Positions 47,425-56,384 of a stretch of DNA of 64,000 bases are shown here, in pieces. Numbering within the stretch: position 1 is the stretch's first letter; each line of letters starts with the position of its first letter. The stretch lies in contig JBGVEW010000052.1 in assembly GCA_045120465.1 (NCBI GenBank), positions 22,635 through 86,634 of the forward strand. Reading direction: 5' to 3'. The translations under genes and the position numbers were made by a program. Under the pieces are notes generated by a model. The model worked only from the letters and a program-made list of their open reading frames with translations, was not told the origin of the DNA and made no database searches. Source of the stretch: Eubacteriales bacterium. Its GTDB lineage: Bacteria; Bacillota; Clostridia; Oscillospirales; CAG-272.

Positions 47425-49668
47425 TTAGGGTTCATAGGATTCGAGACGGCGGATGTAGGCTTCCTGCTGGGGTGCGGGGACGTTGTTCCAAAGAGCGTTC
47501 CATCCGCAAATACGTACCTGTAGATTTCGATATTGATCGGGATTTTTTTGCGCGTCGCGCAAGGTCTTCGTTTGAAAGACGTTGAATTGGATCGACATTC
47601 CGCCGCCCTCCATATACGCCATCACCAAAGCGCGCATGGCGGCAAGTCCGCCCTCACCGCTGACGGCAGAGGGATGGAGCATGACGTCCGTGCAGAAGGA
47701 TTCCAACCACAGATAGGGGGAGAGCGCAAGGGAGGAGCGCAACAGTGCCGTGACCCCGCCGCGATCCATTCCGGGGGTGGGAGAGGCGTTTTTGGAGTAT
47801 TCCTCGCCCGCCATACGTCCGTCGGGGGTGGCACCCGTTTGTTCGCCCTGCCATACGAATTGCATGGCGGTGTGAATACAGGATTTATAAATGCCGCCGC
47901 GCGCGTTGGGGCGGTAATTGATCTTTCCACTCAGCCAGTGCGAGAGTGCCTGCGCATAGCGGTCGGTCTCCTCGTCGCCGTTTCCGTACTTGTGAGGAGA
48001 ATTTTTGATGCGCTTTTGCAGGAGCTCGTAGCCCTGCCAGTTGCGCTCCAAGGCAAGGGCAAGCTCCTCAAGGCTCAGGGTGTGCGTGTCGTAAACGAAT
48101 TCCTTGACCGCCATCAAGCTGTCAACAAAGCTTCCAAAACCGCAACAAAGAATGGCGGTGTTGTTGTATTTGACTCCGCCCGCATAGCCGTCGCGCGCAT
48201 TTTTCAAGCTGTGCTCTACCGTTGCGGAGTAGAGCGAGGACGGGTTGACCTCTTCAAGATGCGCTTCGATGCGATTGATCGATGCGATTACGCGCTCGAT
48301 AAAGGAGCTCAACTGCTTTTGTACGGCGGAATAGAAATCTTCAAAGGTTGCAAAATCGGAGAGCTTGCCTGTGTGGATGCCCACCTGTTCTCCGGTTTTT
48401 GCGTCGTAACCGTCGCTCAGGACGTAGAGAACGGATTTGAGCAGATTGATATAGGCATCCGCGGTGGAAATCTCGTTGGCGCGCACGCCCGTTTCGTAGC
48501 AACCGCGAAAATCCATATCCAAGGCTTCTTCAAAGCTGGCACCGTAGCTCATAACGGCACGCATATGCCCGGGCTCACAACAAAAGACGAGGGCTCCTTC
48601 ACCCGATCGCGCGATATCCAGCGTGAGATTCCAAAATTCGATGGGGGTGTTGGTATTGACCTTGATTTGGATTTTGGGATTGTAGATGTGAAGCGCGCGG
48701 TAGGTGTTGAGAATATCGTAGGAAAGATGGTTGACACGGGTCGAGCCGTCGGGGAACGTTCCGCCTAGATAAAACGGCTGTCCCCAGTAGTTTCCAATGG
48801 CGGAAAACTGCATAAAGAAGTAGCCAAGTAGCTCGCAAAGCTCCTCGCGTGCAACCCCGTTTTGCAGATCCTTTTCCCAAAAGGGGAGCAGGGTGTGGTC
48901 AAGTCCGTTTCCAAGCGAGCGCACCTGAAAGAAATCGACCGATTCGCTCACCATAAAATAGAGGTACATCAATTGCAACGCGTCATAGGTATTTTGCGGT
49001 GCACCGTCGCGCAAATGTGCAAGGGAGGTGGCAATGGCGGGGGCTTTGGCGTGTGTCTGCTTCAACGCGTATGCGTGCAAGCGATCCAAAAAGCGGATGG
49101 TTGCGGAATATTCGATCTCAATTCCGTCAAAATACGCCTTTTGCTCGTCTGTCAAAGCACCTTTTGTCTCATGATGCCGTCTCCAAGTACGAGCACGCTC
49201 CAAAATCCCCGGAAAGCCGAGGTTCATCAAAGCCTCCCAGTCGGGAACGATATGATCGTAATCCACCCACATATTTACCGCACCCGAGCGGTTGAAGAGC
49301 GCCATCTGTGCGCCGTCCTCGGGGAGCGTTTTTTCAAACAGCTCGCGGTCCCATTTGCGAACGGTCACGTCCCCAATGGCGCGGTTCCACGTATAGACCC
49401 CAACAAACCAGTCGTGCTCGTTGACGTCGATCCGTGTGTGATCCAGCACGTACTCTACTGCCATCGCCTTAAAAACGGGGCGTGGGAGATGACCGTGCGT
49501 GGCTTCCAAACGGCGCAAGCCTTCCTTGATCTCCTCGTCCGTGTCTCCCGTTGAGGGATCGTACTCGTATCCGTGGTACGCCATACGCACGTAAGGGTCA
49601 AAGGGTTGGTCCTGGCGGTGGTATTTGTTTTCCAGATAATCGCGGTCTGATTGCAGATTTTCAAACAT
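47425..49668 (-). CDS. Glycyl radical enzyme, PFL2/dehydratase-like family, substrate unknown (GRE-1)
   Basis: C-terminal glycyl motif QVRICGWNA (Gly codon 47503-47505). Cys loop DFRGCYETG (Cys codon 48499-48501). PFL2-like N-terminus. ATG 49668 has GGAGG 8 nt upstream. Confidence 0.85.
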   Translation of the reverse strand: MFENLQSDRDYLENKYHRQDQPFDPYVRMAYHGYEYDPSTGDTDEEIKEGLRRLEATHGHLPRPVFKAMAVEYVLDHTRIDVNEHDWFVGVYTWNRAIGDVTVRKWDRELFEKTLPEDGAQMALFNRSGAVNMWVDYDHIVPDWEALMNLGFPGILERARTWRRHHETKGALTDEQKAYFDGIEIEYSATIRFLDRLHAYALKQTHAKAPAIATSLAHLRDGAPQNTYDALQLMYLYFMVSESVDFFQVRSLGNGLDHTLLPFWEKDLQNGVAREELCELLGYFFMQFSAIGNYWGQPFYLGGTFPDGSTRVNHLSYDILNTYRALHIYNPKIQIKVNTNTPIEFWNLTLDIARSGEGALVFCCEPGHMRAVMSYGASFEEALDMDFRGCYETGVRANEISTADAYINLLKSVLYVLSDGYDAKTGEQVGIHTGKLSDFATFEDFYSAVQKQLSSFIERVIASINRIEAHLEEVNPSSLYSATVEHSLKNARDGYAGGVKYNNTAILCCGFGSFVDSLMAVKEFVYDTHTLSLEELALALERNWQGYELLQKRIKNSPHKYGNGDEETDRYAQALSHWLSGKINYRPNARGGIYKSCIHTAMQFVWQGEQTGATPDGRMAGEEYSKNASPTPGMDRGGVTALLRSSLALSPYLWLESFCTDVMLHPSAVSGEGGLAAMRALVMAYMEGGGMSIQFNVFQTKTLRDAQKNPDQYRNLQVRICGWNALWNNVPAPQQEAYIRRLESYEP

Positions 49669-49714
49669 TCGAGCGACCTCCAAATTGATGAATATACTTT
49701 CATTATATGTTTTT

Positions 49715-49776
49715 TTTCGAAAAAGTCAATGAAGATTTTGATCATACTTGACTTTTTCGAAACAAAAAGCTATAAT
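49715..49776. promoter_or_regulatory. Divergent promoter pair built on a perfect 15-bp inverted repeat
   Basis: TTTCGAAAAAGTCAA (49715-49729) and TTGACTTTTTCGAAA (49748-49762). Each arm supplies a TTGACT -35 element, spaced 17 nt from TATAAT (49771-49776) on the plus strand and 16 nt from TATAAT on the minus strand. Confidence 0.7.
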
Positions 49777-49800
49777 ATAGGCAGAAACGGAGGAATGGGA

Positions 49801-50562
49801 ATGGATTTTTTGTCATTTTCGGAGATCACTGTTACCAAAATTGTTTTGGCGATCTGTGTGGAAAAGGGGACTCCTTATCACCGCAATCGTCCGTCTCACG
49901 GTTTGGCTTTGCAGCTTGGCGGAAGGCGCGAATACCTTTTTGAGGACGGGACACGCTTTACGGTTGAAAAAAGCGGATTGCTCTATCTTCCCAAGGGATC
50001 AAGCTACAGCGTTCGCACGCAGGAGGCGGGAAAAACCTATGCCATCAATTTTGACGTGGATAGCGACGCGTCTTTTTCACCGTTTTCCATGAGGATCAAG
50101 GAGCCGTTTGCGTTGACCGAGGCGTTTGCCGCGGCGGAACGAGCGTGGATGGGATCTCGTGGGGGACGAGATGCGGAAATCCGTGCGCGTTTGTACGATA
50201 TTTTGGCATATTTGCAGCGGGAGCGCGAAGCGGGGATTCAAAGAGACGCGCGCAGAGGTTTGTTGCAAAAGGCGGAGCGTTATATCGATGAGCATTTCAG
50301 CAATCCCGAATTGCGAGTGAGGGAGATTGCCGCGGTATGCGGGATGAGCGAGGTCTATTTGCGAAAGCTTTTTCATGAGGAGCTGGGGATGACTCCCATT
50401 GCAAGAATCCGCGCGCACCGAATCGAGTACGCCAAGGGGCTGATCGCGTCCGGCTTTTACAGCATGAAAGAGGCGGCAACGCTTGCGGGATATGCGGATT
50501 ATTCCTACTTTTGCCGTGAATTTAAAAAAGAGACGGGCTGCGCACCGTCGGGGTATCGGTAG
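49801..50562 (+). CDS. AraC family transcriptional regulator
   Basis: Cupin-like N-domain and a C-terminal AraC HTH pair (EVYLRKLFHEELGMTPIARIRAHRIEYAKGLI...FCREFKKETGCAPSGYR). ATG 49801 lies 8 nt after GGAGG. Confidence 0.85.
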   Translation: MDFLSFSEITVTKIVLAICVEKGTPYHRNRPSHGLALQLGGRREYLFEDGTRFTVEKSGLLYLPKGSSYSVRTQEAGKTYAINFDVDSDASFSPFSMRIKEPFALTEAFAAAERAWMGSRGGRDAEIRARLYDILAYLQREREAGIQRDARRGLLQKAERYIDEHFSNPELRVREIAAVCGMSEVYLRKLFHEELGMTPIARIRAHRIEYAKGLIASGFYSMKEAATLAGYADYSYFCREFKKETGCAPSGYR

Positions 50563-50593
50563 GCAATCAAATTTTAATGGGGGATCATGAAAC

Positions 50594-50635
50594 GGGGGTG
50601 AGCCAAATGCAAAAACGCAGTTGGTACTCACCCCC
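50594..50635 (+). terminator. Intrinsic terminator-like hairpin after araC (degenerate member of the CAAATGC hairpin family)
   Basis: GGGGGTGAGccaaatgcaaaaacgcagttggtaCTCACCCCC. Confidence 0.6.
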
Positions 50636-50710
50636 GCAAATGATAGACAACGCAATCAAGTTTCGTCAATTTGCCTTCCCAAATGTATTGTACATTTGGG
50701 AAGATTTTTT

Positions 50711-51016
50711 TTATTTTGCAAGATCTTTCATTAAATTCAAAACGGCTTGTCTGGTTTGTGGTGAAAGAGCTTCGTAGGTTTCGATAAATTCTTTCTTTTT
50801 AGAAGGAATGGAAGCGTCACCGCTGTCTTCAAAAAATTCGGACATTGAAATTCCAAATGCTGTACAAAGATTTTCCAAGGTTGTAATGGACGGGAGTGTT
50901 TCACGATTAAACATATTGATAAGCGTAGATTGAGCAATTCCCGATTCTACCGAGAGTTTATAAATTGACCATCCTCGATTCATGCGGAGCGTATTGATTC
51001 GTTTTAAAATATTCAT
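50711..51016 (-). CDS. XRE family helix-turn-helix transcriptional regulator
   Basis: MNILKRINTLRMNRGWSIYKLSVESGIAQSTLINMFNRETLPSITTLENLCTAFGISMSEFF is a classic Cro/C1 HTH. AAGGAGG RBS before ATG 51016. AT-rich islet. Confidence 0.85.
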   Translation of the reverse strand: MNILKRINTLRMNRGWSIYKLSVESGIAQSTLINMFNRETLPSITTLENLCTAFGISMSEFFEDSGDASIPSKKKEFIETYEALSPQTRQAVLNLMKDLAK

Positions 51017-51260
51017 AATGCTCCTCCTTAGTTCCTCTTTGTATATATTATAGTACACATTTGTAAAAAAATAATTACCCATATGTATTGACAATATAAT
51101 ACATTTGTGATATAATCAAGTATAAAAAGGGGACAAGATGTTTTGAAATCTTGATTCAACTAAAAGAGAAGGCGATAAGAGTGCAGATTTTTTATTAAAC
51201 TTTTTTGCAAAATCTATTAACTTTATTTAGCAGGTTTTTATTTTAAGAAAGGAATATTTT

Positions 51261-51707
51261 ATGGACAATCAAAAAGTTGACACACTGTTCGGTGGAATGA
51301 TTGTTATCATTTTGGGCATCGCAATTGCGCTCGTTATTCAATTTTTTATAGCAAAACAGTTTGAAAAAATTGCTATAATGAAAGGACATCCAAATGCACA
51401 TGCCTTTGCATGGTGCTTCTGGCTTGGTATTGTCGGATATATTTATGTTGCTACCTTGCCAAACATATCTTTAAATAATACCATTCTAAAAAACAAGGCA
51501 AATCCTACTACAAATGCTGCCTTTAACCGTTATACCTGCAATTCCATCATCAAGACCGAAAAAGTTACTTCCGGCAAATGCTTTGGATGTTATGAGTTTT
51601 ATCCCGATATATCTTTTTGCAGGATTAATAAAGGTAACAATACAGTTGAGTTTCCCGTATGTGACAAGTGTATAGAAAAATATGAGCAAAATGCAAAGAA
51701 TCGATAA
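51261..51707 (+). CDS. Small membrane protein with a C-terminal CxxC...CxxC zinc-ribbon-like module
   Basis: Two TM helices, then CFGCYEF...CDKCIEKY. AAAGGAA RBS. Divergent from the XRE gene, in the AT-rich islet. Confidence 0.6.
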   Translation: MDNQKVDTLFGGMIVIILGIAIALVIQFFIAKQFEKIAIMKGHPNAHAFAWCFWLGIVGYIYVATLPNISLNNTILKNKANPTTNAAFNRYTCNSIIKTEKVTSGKCFGCYEFYPDISFCRINKGNNTVEFPVCDKCIEKYEQNAKNR

Positions 51708-51710
51708 TTT

Positions 51711-51777
51711 GAGCGAGCCGCGTAAAACGGCTCGCTTTTGTTATACAATAAGAGGAGAAGCCATTGGGCTTCTCCTC
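51711..51777. terminator. Two back-to-back terminator hairpins between convergent genes
   Basis: AGCGAGCCG-cgtaaaa-CGGCTCGCT followed by TTTG (51711-51740). GAGGAGAAGCC-attg-GGCTTCTCCTC (51752-51777) has T-rich flanks. Confidence 0.7.
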
Positions 51778-51798
51778 GCATTTTTATCAACTTTTGAA

Positions 51799-52461
51799 TC
51801 AATAGTTCTCTGCGTGAACCTCAAAGTAGCTCTGGGGATGTGCGCAGGTGGGGCATACCTCGGGAGCATTGGTTCCGATAACGAGATGTCCGCAGTTGCG
51901 GCACTCCCAAACCTTCACCTCGCTCTTTGCAAAAACAGCAGCGGTTTCTACGTTGTGAAGCAGTGCGCGGTAACGCTCCTCGTGATGCTTTTCGATTGCG
52001 GCAACGAGACGGAACTTTTCTGCCAATTCGGGGAAGCCTTCCTTTTCTGCGGTCTCAGCAAAGCCCGCATACATATCGGTCCACTCATAGTTTTCGCCGT
52101 TTGCAGCCTCTACAAGGTTCTTTGCGGTGTCACCGATGCCGTTCAGCTCCTTGAACCACATTTTTGCGTGCTCTTTTTCGTTGTCTGCAGTCTTGAGGAA
52201 GAGGGCAGAGATCTGCTCGTAGCCTTCCTTTTTTGCAACGGATGCAAAATAGGTATATTTGTTTCTTGCCTGAGACTCGCCTGCAAAAGCAGCCTCAAGG
52301 TTCTTTTCGGTCTGCGTGCCGGCATACTTGTTTGCTTTGGGAGCTTCAACAATCTCCTCAAGCTTCTTTCCCTTGAGTCCGCACTTGGGGCAAACGGGTT
52401 CAACACCCTCGGCAACCTCAAACACTTCACCACACATCAGGCATCTGTACTTTTTCATCAT
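51799..52461 (-). CDS. rbr: Rubrerythrin with an extra N-terminal rubredoxin-like domain
   Basis: N-terminal CLMCGEVF...CPKCG, di-iron four-helix core ([35 protein letters not shown]) and C-terminal rubredoxin CRNCGH...CPTCAHP. AAAGGAG RBS before ATG 52461. Confidence 0.88.
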   Translation of the reverse strand: MMKKYRCLMCGEVFEVAEGVEPVCPKCGLKGKKLEEIVEAPKANKYAGTQTEKNLEAAFAGESQARNKYTYFASVAKKEGYEQISALFLKTADNEKEHAKMWFKELNGIGDTAKNLVEAANGENYEWTDMYAGFAETAEKEGFPELAEKFRLVAAIEKHHEERYRALLHNVETAAVFAKSEVKVWECRNCGHLVIGTNAPEVCPTCAHPQSYFEVHAENY

Positions 52462-52493
52462 CGTAATCTCCTTTAAAAATCGTTTATTGTTTT

Positions 52494-52874
52494 TTATTTT
52501 TGATCGAATGGAACTTGACACTCCTTGCAAATACCGTAGTATTTTACGGAGCAGCTTTCTACAACGTATTCCTCGCTTGCAGGGGGGAACACGTTTGTGG
52601 GGGACGGCAGATCGATGATCTTACCGCAGGTCTTACAGGAAAAGTGCGCGTGACCGTCTATCACGGGATCGTATCTTGCACCCTCACCGGGGAAAATGAG
52701 GCGAATGATTTTTCCTTCTTCCTCCAGCACGGTAAGGTTGCGGAACACGGTGGCGCGCCCTACCGATGGATGCGTTTTGGAAAGTGCCTCGTACACCTCA
52801 ATTGCGGTTGGGTGATACAGAGAACACAATGCCTCATAGACGATATCACGCTGTTTGGTGGATCTTCGTTGCAT
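52494..52874 (-). CDS. Fur family transcriptional regulator (PerR-like by context)
   Basis: [12 protein letters not shown] wHTH start and two CxxC pairs (CKTCGKI, CKEC). Lies directly upstream of rubrerythrin. AAGGAGG RBS before ATG 52874. Confidence 0.8.
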   Translation of the reverse strand: MQRRSTKQRDIVYEALCSLYHPTAIEVYEALSKTHPSVGRATVFRNLTVLEEEGKIIRLIFPGEGARYDPVIDGHAHFSCKTCGKIIDLPSPTNVFPPASEEYVVESCSVKYYGICKECQVPFDQK

Positions 52875-52884
52875 ATCCGACCTC

Positions 52885-52909
52885 CTTATCGATATCTCGT
52901 CTCGATAAG
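52885..52909 (-). promoter_or_regulatory. Inverted repeat in the fur/perR leader (candidate operator)
   Basis: CTTATCGA-n9-TCGATAAG lies between a TATACT -10-like hexamer and the RBS on the minus strand. Confidence 0.4.
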
Positions 52910-53044
52910 AGTATATCATACAATCAAGTTGTTGTCAATAGGTTTTTGAAAAAATTAAAAAATTATTTTATGCCATTTACAAATGCTTCCAAGCGTGTTA
53001 TAATAATAAGCGTTAATAATATTGAATGTATGAAGGAATCCAAC

Positions 53045-54550
53045 ATGACAACAAACAACGTATGCAATCACATTTTGGATCTGGTCGATTATGCTATCAA
53101 GCGCGGACTTGCCGAGGAGCTTGACCGTGTGTATTTGTGTAACCGATTGATGGAGGAGCTTGGCGTTTTTGAGCTCGCCCCCGACCGTGAGCCGAACGGA
53201 AGCTGCCCCTTGGAAGAAATTCTCAACGCCCTTTGCGACTATGCGATCGAGCATAAGGTCATTCCCGACAGAGGGATCACGGGCAGAGACCTGTTTGATA
53301 CCAAGCTGATGGGGATTCTGACACCGCGTCCGTCCCTGGTCAATCGCACCTTTTGGTCGCTGTATCAAAAAGACCCGAAGCAAGCCACCGACTATTATTA
53401 CCGTCTGGCGTGCGACTCCGATTATATTCGTACTTATCGTATCAAAAAGGATCTCAAGTGGACGTATCAAGGCAAATACGGCGAATTGGATATTACCGTC
53501 AATCTTTCCAAGCCCGAAAAGGATCCCAAGGCGATTGCGGCGGCTAAGCACCAAAAGCCTGCGGGATATCCCAAGTGCGCGCTTTGCCGCGAGAACGAGG
53601 GCTTTGCGGGGAGCATGAATCAGGCGGCTCGCCAGTCGCACCGGCTGATCCCCTTGGAGATCGGCGGCAAGGAATGGTTTTTGCAGTATTCTCCTTACGT
53701 TTATTATAACGAGCATTGCATCCTGCTCTCGGGCGAGCATACGCCCATGAAGATCGATCGTTCCACTTTTGCGCGTCAAATGGATTTTGTCACGCAGTTT
53801 CCGCACTATATGCTCGGTTCCAATGCCGATCTTCCCATTGTCGGTGGCTCGATCCTGACGCACGACCATATGCAAGGCGGACGTTATACCTTTGCGATGG
53901 AGAGAGCGGAGATCGAGAGGGAATGGAGTTTTGAAGGCTTTGAAAACGTGCGCGCCGGAATCGTGCACTGGCCATTGTCGGTCATCCGTCTCGATTCGGA
54001 GGATCCCAACGCTTTGGTGGAACTTTCCGAGCGGATTTTGAATGCGTGGAGAGGATATTCCGATCCCGAGACAAGCATTTTTGCCGTGACCGATGGCGAG
54101 GCGCACAACACGGTAACACCCATCGCGCGTCGCCGCGGAGATCTTTACGAGATCGATCTGGTCTTGCGCAACAACCTGACCACCGAGGAGCACCCCTTGG
54201 GGCTTTTCCATCCTCATGCGGATAAGCATAATATCAAAAAGGAAAACATCGGTTTGATCGAGGTCATGGGTCTTGCGGTGCTTCCCGCGCGCCTCAAGAG
54301 CGAGATGACCGCTCTTGCCGCCGCAATTTTGGAGGGGAAGGATCTGACGCAGGATGAGGTTCTTGCCAAGCACGCCGCATGGGTAGAGGGCTTCCGCAAT
54401 CACTATACCTTTACTCCCGACAACGTTGAAGGGATTCTGCAAGCCGAGATCGGCAGAACCTTTGAGGGCGTTCTCGAGGATGCGGGTGTTTACAAATGTA
54501 CAGCCGAGGGCAGAGAAGCGTTTTTGAGATTCCTCGAAACCGTACAGTAA
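53045..54550 (+). CDS. galT: UDP-glucose--hexose-1-phosphate uridylyltransferase (GalT, class II / Firmicutes type)
   Basis: About 500 aa. Class II GalT signatures: ILDLVDYAIKRGL..., KCALCRENEGFAGS, YYNEHCILLSGEHTPM, LPIVGGSILTHDHMQGG. ATG 53045 has an AAGGAA RBS; the track start at 52766 is an extension across the fur promoter region. Confidence 0.88.
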   Translation: MTTNNVCNHILDLVDYAIKRGLAEELDRVYLCNRLMEELGVFELAPDREPNGSCPLEEILNALCDYAIEHKVIPDRGITGRDLFDTKLMGILTPRPSLVNRTFWSLYQKDPKQATDYYYRLACDSDYIRTYRIKKDLKWTYQGKYGELDITVNLSKPEKDPKAIAAAKHQKPAGYPKCALCRENEGFAGSMNQAARQSHRLIPLEIGGKEWFLQYSPYVYYNEHCILLSGEHTPMKIDRSTFARQMDFVTQFPHYMLGSNADLPIVGGSILTHDHMQGGRYTFAMERAEIEREWSFEGFENVRAGIVHWPLSVIRLDSEDPNALVELSERILNAWRGYSDPETSIFAVTDGEAHNTVTPIARRRGDLYEIDLVLRNNLTTEEHPLGLFHPHADKHNIKKENIGLIEVMGLAVLPARLKSEMTALAAAILEGKDLTQDEVLAKHAAWVEGFRNHYTFTPDNVEGILQAEIGRTFEGVLEDAGVYKCTAEGREAFLRFLETVQ

Positions 54551-54593
54551 ACCGAGTAACCGCTCATCATCGAATATTGATCCAATCGAAAAA

Positions 54594-54631
54594 GGGTGGT
54601 GTCAAATGCAATTTCGCATTTGACGCCACCC
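54594..54631. terminator. Bidirectional terminator hairpin, GTCAAATGC family
   Basis: GGGTGGTGTCAAATGCaatttCGCATTTGACGCCACCC, flanked by AAAAA on one side and TCTTTCG on the other. Confidence 0.75.
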
Positions 54632-54639
54632 TCTTTCGA

Positions 54640-55416
54640 TTATAATTGGATATGCCTTTCCGCCATCAGTGCCGCCTGCTTGCTCTCCCCCAATGCGTGA
54701 TAGGGGAGAAACGCTACGGAAAGATTGCGATCCTGACAGAATTGGCGGATTTTGTCACATTCCGCTCCTTCGTTAAAGTCGGGGATCACGGGCGTGCGGA
54801 TCAAGATCTGCGTTCCCGTTTTTCGAAGCTTTTCGAGATTGGAGAGAATGAGCGTGTTGTCTGCCCCCGTTCCGCGTCGATGCAGATCGGGGTCAAGACA
54901 TTTGATATCGTAAAGAAAAAGATCAACGAAGGGGAGCACGGCTTCAAAATGGCGGTAGGGAACCTGTCCCGAGGTGTCGATCGCAACGTGGATGCCGTTT
55001 TCGCGGCAATCCTTGGCAAGAGAAGCTACCTCTTGCGGGTAGAGCATACATTCACCGCCCGAAAAGGTCACGCCGCCACCCGTGGCATCAAAGTAGGGCT
55101 TGTCTGCCATGATCAGCTCGAACAATTCTTCCTTTGCGAAAGGGGTTCCGTAAAGCCGTTTCGCACCCGTTGGGCAAACGGCGGCACACGCGCCGCAGGC
55201 TGTGCAAGCGTTCTTGTGCGTGCAATTGTTTTGACAGGCATGACAGCCGACGCATTGCTCCTTAAACCAAGCAAGCTCAGGTTGGGGGGATTTTCCCTCG
55301 GGATTGTGGCACCAATAGCAGTTCAAGGGACATCCCTTCAAAAAGAGCACCGTGCGCAAGCCCGGACCGTCCGAGGTGGAGGAGCGGTGAACGTCAAAAA
55401 CCAAAGGGGTGCTCAT
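54640..55416 (-). CDS. Glycyl-radical enzyme activating protein (radical SAM, with ferredoxin-like auxiliary cluster region)
   Basis: DGPGLRTVLFLKGCPLNCYWCHNPE (CxxxCxxC) plus CVGCHACQNNC...CTACGACAAVCP. ATGA overlap with the upstream reductase stop. Confidence 0.9.
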   Translation of the reverse strand: MSTPLVFDVHRSSTSDGPGLRTVLFLKGCPLNCYWCHNPEGKSPQPELAWFKEQCVGCHACQNNCTHKNACTACGACAAVCPTGAKRLYGTPFAKEELFELIMADKPYFDATGGGVTFSGGECMLYPQEVASLAKDCRENGIHVAIDTSGQVPYRHFEAVLPFVDLFLYDIKCLDPDLHRRGTGADNTLILSNLEKLRKTGTQILIRTPVIPDFNEGAECDKIRQFCQDRNLSVAFLPYHALGESKQAALMAERHIQL

Positions 55417-56354
55417 GTCAATCCAACTCGATTCATCATTTCAAGCTCCTTATCGGTGAGGGGGAGCTCCAATCCGCGTGCGTTTTGCAAAAGCTGCTCG
55501 GGGGTTGCGGAGAAGAGCGGGATCACGCGCGGGAAGCCGTTGCAACGGTGGAGATTGGTCAGCCAAGCGATAACGAGCGCGCTGGGGTTGACTCCCTTTT
55601 CTGCCGCCATACTGCGGATGAACTCCAGGCGTTCACCGCCCTCGTACTCTGCGGGGAGCAGATCGGGATTCTCGTAAGCACCCTTGCACAGACAGGCGTA
55701 GGAAACGAGAGGCATATTCTTGTCGCAGAGGAAGCGCAAACGCTCGCGGTTGACCACCTCGTTAAAGGCGTATTTGGGAGCGGCGGAGAATTTGGGGTTG
55801 AGATAGCTCAAACGCTGTTGCATTACGGTGTAGGGCGTTTGTCCGCGGGCGGCGGCAATTTGATTTGCCTCTGCCAATCTCCAAGTGTCAAAGTTGCTCG
55901 ATCCCAGCGTGCGCACTTTGCCTTTTTTGACCAAACGGTCAAAGGCTTCCATGGTTTCTTCAATAGGGGTGTTCGTGTCATCGGTGTGCGCGTAATAAAG
56001 GTCGATGTAGTCGGTGCCGAGTTTGCGAAGGCTTTCCTCTACCCAGTATTCGATCTGCTCCTTTTTCAGTCCCGCGCCCTTTCCGTGGCGGTCAAAGCCT
56101 ACCTTGGTGGCAAGAACCACGCGGTCGCGGCAGCCTCGGTCTCGGAGCCATTCGCCAAGCAGGGTCTCGCTTTCGTCACCTGTGCCCGCCCAGTGCGCGT
56201 AGTTATTGGAGGTATCGATAAAGTTCCCGCCAAGATCCATATAGGTATCAAGGACGCGGTAGGACTCCTCTTTAGAGGTGGTGGAACCGAACATCATTGC
56301 TCCAAGAGCGATTTCGGAAACCTCAAGCCGGTTGGGAAGAAGTATTTTTTTCAT
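55413..56354 (-). CDS. Aldo/keto reductase
   Basis: LGAMMFGS...VLDTYMDLGGNFIDTSNNY, LYYAHTDD and RTLGSSNF AKR signatures; 313 aa. Confidence 0.88.
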   Translation of the reverse strand: MKKILLPNRLEVSEIALGAMMFGSTTSKEESYRVLDTYMDLGGNFIDTSNNYAHWAGTGDESETLLGEWLRDRGCRDRVVLATKVGFDRHGKGAGLKKEQIEYWVEESLRKLGTDYIDLYYAHTDDTNTPIEETMEAFDRLVKKGKVRTLGSSNFDTWRLAEANQIAAARGQTPYTVMQQRLSYLNPKFSAAPKYAFNEVVNRERLRFLCDKNMPLVSYACLCKGAYENPDLLPAEYEGGERLEFIRSMAAEKGVNPSALVIAWLTNLHRCNGFPRVIPLFSATPEQLLQNARGLELPLTDKELEMMNRVGLT

Positions 56355-56384
56355 GATCGTATTCCTTTCTGTGTGTTGATCGAA

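Noticed and set aside
52990-53030. Fur/PerR box in the galT promoter region (TTATAATAATAAG, TTAATAATATT)
   Set aside because: It is only a half-match to the 7-1-7 TTATAATnATTATAA consensus. It coincides with the AT-rich -10 region of galT, so it is too weak to call.
52955-54442. 495-aa minus-strand ORF opposite galT
   Set aside because: galT motifs are unambiguous on the plus strand. The antisense frame has no motif or RBS.
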